A DNA stretch of 64,000 bases from Alphaproteobacteria bacterium. Its GTDB lineage: Bacteria; Pseudomonadota; Alphaproteobacteria; Sphingomonadales; Sphingomonadaceae. The notes below the pieces were generated by a model, which saw nothing but the letters and a program-made list of their open reading frames with translations, was not told where the DNA came from and did no database searches. Both the position numbers and the translations under genes were made by a program. Within the stretch, counting starts at the first letter, position 1. Each line of letters starts with the position of its first letter. The DNA lies in assembly GCA_046566245.1 (NCBI GenBank), contig JBKHXB010000001.1, positions 4,221 through 68,220 on the forward strand, read 5' to 3'. This document shows, piece by piece, positions 61,793 through 64,000 of the stretch.

Positions 61793-62694
61793 TTCGCGCG
61801 CACTCCGAGCAGGTGGCAGATGGCGTAGCTGAGCTCCGCCCGGTTCAACGTGTAGAAATGGAAGTGCCGGACCCCGCCCGCGTAGAGCTGGCCGCACAGC
61901 TCCGCCGCGACCGTCGCAGCGATCAGCTGCCGCGCCGCCGGCAGGTCGTCGAGCCCTTCGAACAGCCGGTCGAGCCAGTCCGGGATGGTCGCGCCGCAGC
62001 TTGCCGCGAAGCGCCGCGTGGTCGCCACGTTCGATACGGGCAGGATTCCCGGAACGATCTCGATGTCGATGCCGGCCGCGGCAGCCTCGTCGCGAAAGCG
62101 CAGGAAACATTCGGCCGAGAAGAAGAATTGCGTGATCGCCCGGTCGGCGCCGGCGTCGATCTTGCGCTTCAGATTTTCGAGGTCGAACGCGCGCGAGACG
62201 GATTCCGGATGGACTTCGGGATAGGCGGCGACCGAGATGTCGAACGGTGCGACGGCCTTGAGGCCGGCGACCAGCTCTGCCGCGTCCCGATAGCCTTCGG
62301 GGTGCGGCTGGTACTTTGCCCCCTGCTCGGGCGGATCGCCGCGCAGCGCGACGATGTGCCGGACGCCCATGTTCCAGTAATCGCGGGCGATTGCGTCGAT
62401 ATCGTCCTTGGAGGCTGCGACGCAGGTCAAATGCGCGGCCGGAGTCAGCTTGGTTTCCTTGAGGATCCGCTCGACGGTCGCATGCGTGCGCTCGCGCGTC
62501 GAGCCGCCGGCCCCGTAGGTGACGGAGACGAAGCGCGGATGAAGTGGCTGCAGAGTCTGGATCGACTCCCACAGGGTCTCGGCCATCTTTTCCGTCTTGG
62601 GCGGGAAGAATTCGAAGCTGACCTCGATGTCGCCGCGCGCCTGGGCGAACAGCGGCTCATGGTTCTTGAGCTCCTCGATCGGGTGGCGGTTCAT
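61789..62694 (-). CDS. metF: 5,10-methylenetetrahydrofolate reductase
   Basis: SFEFFPPKT, SVTYGAGG, ALRGDPP, AYPEVHP, AITQFFF, HFYTLN. Confidence 0.96.
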   Translation of the reverse strand: MNRHPIEELKNHEPLFAQARGDIEVSFEFFPPKTEKMAETLWESIQTLQPLHPRFVSVTYGAGGSTRERTHATVERILKETKLTPAAHLTCVAASKDDIDAIARDYWNMGVRHIVALRGDPPEQGAKYQPHPEGYRDAAELVAGLKAVAPFDISVAAYPEVHPESVSRAFDLENLKRKIDAGADRAITQFFFSAECFLRFRDEAAAAGIDIEIVPGILPVSNVATTRRFAASCGATIPDWLDRLFEGLDDLPAARQLIAATVAAELCGQLYAGGVRHFHFYTLNRAELSYAICHLLGVRAK

Positions 62695-63647
62695 GCCGCC
62701 CTCCGCCGGCGCTCGCCGCTCTTCGCTCCGCGCCAGAGCGTGACGGTCAGCTCCCCGCCCTCGAGGTGCTCGACATGGTCGACTTTCAATCCCGCCGCGG
62801 TGAACCAGCCCGCCATCACCTCGTCGGCGAATCCGAGGCGCAAGTGCGCGTCCCTGGCCCGAAGTTCCTCGCGGTCATGCGCCGCGAAGTCCACGACCAG
62901 CAGCGTCCCGCCCGGAGCGAGCACCCGCGCGGCCTCCCCGATCGCGGCCGCCGGGTCGTGCGCGTAATGGAGCACCTGGTGGATAATGACGCAGTCGGCG
63001 AACTCGTCGGCAAGCGGCAGCGCGTACATGTCGCCCTGGCGAAGGCTGGAGCGGACGCCGGCCGATTCCAGTTTTACTCGGGCGAGACGGAGCATCTCCG
63101 ATGAGCGGTCGATACCGATCGCCTGGTTCGCGCGCGGTCCGAACAGCTCGATCATTCGGCCCGTACCGGTACCGATGTCGACCAGCGTTCCAAAGCCGCG
63201 GCCGCCCAGCGCCCGGTCGATGGCGCGCTCCACCTCCGCCTCGGAAACGTGCAGCGACCGGATGGAATCCCACACTTCCGCCTGGGCCTGGAAATAGCGC
63301 TGCGCGGCCTCGGCGCGGTCGGCGCGGACTGCGTCGAGGCGGGCGGAATCCTCTTCGAACACAGCCCTGGTGTCCGGGTCGGTCCACGCCTCGATCAGCG
63401 CGAGCAGTGGACCAGTGCGTTCCGCCGAAGCGATCGCGAGGAACACCCAGCTGCCCTCCTTGCGCCGCTCAAGAATGCCGGCGTCGGCGAGGATCCGGAC
63501 GTGCCGCGAGACACGTGGCTGGCTCTGGTCGAGCAATTGCGCGAGCTCGCCCACCGACAATTCCATCCGCGCGAGGAGCGCCAGGATCCTCAGCCGGGTC
63601 GGGTCGGAAACGGCCTGGAACAGGTCGGCAAGAGGAAGCGTGCGCAC
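62691..63647 (-). CDS. sahR: ArsR-HTH plus SAM-binding domain regulator (SahR-like)
   Basis: DPTRLRIL...SQPRVSRH ArsR domain, DIGTGTGR class I MTase fold; heads the metF-metH operon. Confidence 0.8.
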   Translation of the reverse strand: MRTLPLADLFQAVSDPTRLRILALLARMELSVGELAQLLDQSQPRVSRHVRILADAGILERRKEGSWVFLAIASAERTGPLLALIEAWTDPDTRAVFEEDSARLDAVRADRAEAAQRYFQAQAEVWDSIRSLHVSEAEVERAIDRALGGRGFGTLVDIGTGTGRMIELFGPRANQAIGIDRSSEMLRLARVKLESAGVRSSLRQGDMYALPLADEFADCVIIHQVLHYAHDPAAAIGEAARVLAPGGTLLVVDFAAHDREELRARDAHLRLGFADEVMAGWFTAAGLKVDHVEHLEGGELTVTLWRGAKSGERRRRAA

Positions 63648-63660
63648 GATCCTGAAGAAG

Positions 63661-63680
63661 ATATAAAGAATTCTTTATAT
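63661..63680. promoter_or_regulatory. SahR-type operator palindrome
   Basis: Perfect 20-bp palindrome ATATAAAGAATTCTTTATAT, 14 nt upstream of the regulator start. Confidence 0.8.
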
Positions 63681-63868
63681 GGTCAAACCGGAAATCAGGG
63701 CCTGGCCCCGAAATCGGCGTCGGACCGGATCGCGCCGACCCGGGGCCTATCATCACCGGATTGCGTGCCCCATCGCGCGCCTGTAATGGCCCGCGCTGGC
63801 CTGCGCGATTCGCGCGCCAGGCCGAGCCCACGGCCCATAGAAGGGGCAGTAAAGGGAGTGGAACGATC

Positions 63869-64000
63869 ATGAAGAAGATTGCAGTGACCGTTGCGGTCCT
63901 CGCGCTCGGCCTTGCCGCCTGCGCGAAGAGCGAGGATGCGAACATGGCCGCCAACGAAGCGGCCGTCGAGAATGAGGCTGCCGCCGACCTGAATGCGTCG
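63869..64000 (+). CDS. Small lipoprotein, 3' partial
   Basis: MKKIAVTVAVLALGLAAC lipobox then Asn/Ala/Glu-rich repeats; open at the window end. Confidence 0.75.
   Translation, partial: MKKIAVTVAVLALGLAACAKSEDANMAANEAAVENEAAADLNAS

Noticed and set aside
63690-63830. GC-rich hairpins between sahR and the lipoprotein gene as an ncRNA
   Set aside because: Such stems are expected by chance at this GC content; no family features are recognisable.

Overview
GC-rich alphaproteobacterial chromosome, most likely Sphingomonadaceae (inferred from ctrA, popZ, the T2SS/ElpS-like block and the split metH). It has three parts. (1) ~1-28.1 kb is a phosphate-starvation-flavoured cluster: ppk1-ppx, CYTH/CHAD and CYTH-like proteins, a PlcP/LpxH-like metallophosphoesterase, SixA-like phosphatase, M23 peptidase, a complete gspC-O type II secretion operon, a TonB-dependent receptor, an ElpS-like lipoprotein and an atypical PhoB-like regulator. 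Five 11-bp-periodic Pho-box-like sites lie in front of these units. (2) ~28.2-44.9 kb is an integrative element next to the 3' end of tRNA-Cys(GCA). It carries a ParB-MTase/DUF5681/DUF3489/DUF2924/large serine recombinase backbone plus defence-island-like cargo: a PD-(D/E)XK protein, a His-Xaa-Ser radical-SAM system (hxsD-B-C-A), an OLD-family nuclease, DUF2971 and a truncated eCIS-type AAA ATPase. A ~25-bp imperfect palindrome (TGACA-N12-TGTCA) recurs at the boundaries between cargo units. (3) ~44.9-64 kb is housekeeping: pcm-tolC-popZ, msrC-like, arfB, RluA, ctrA, chrA, Ate/Bpt-like transferase, threonine ammonia-lyase, amidohydrolase, DsbD-like, split metH, metF and SahR-like regulator with its operator. 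All family calls come from motif recognition by eye; no database search was run.
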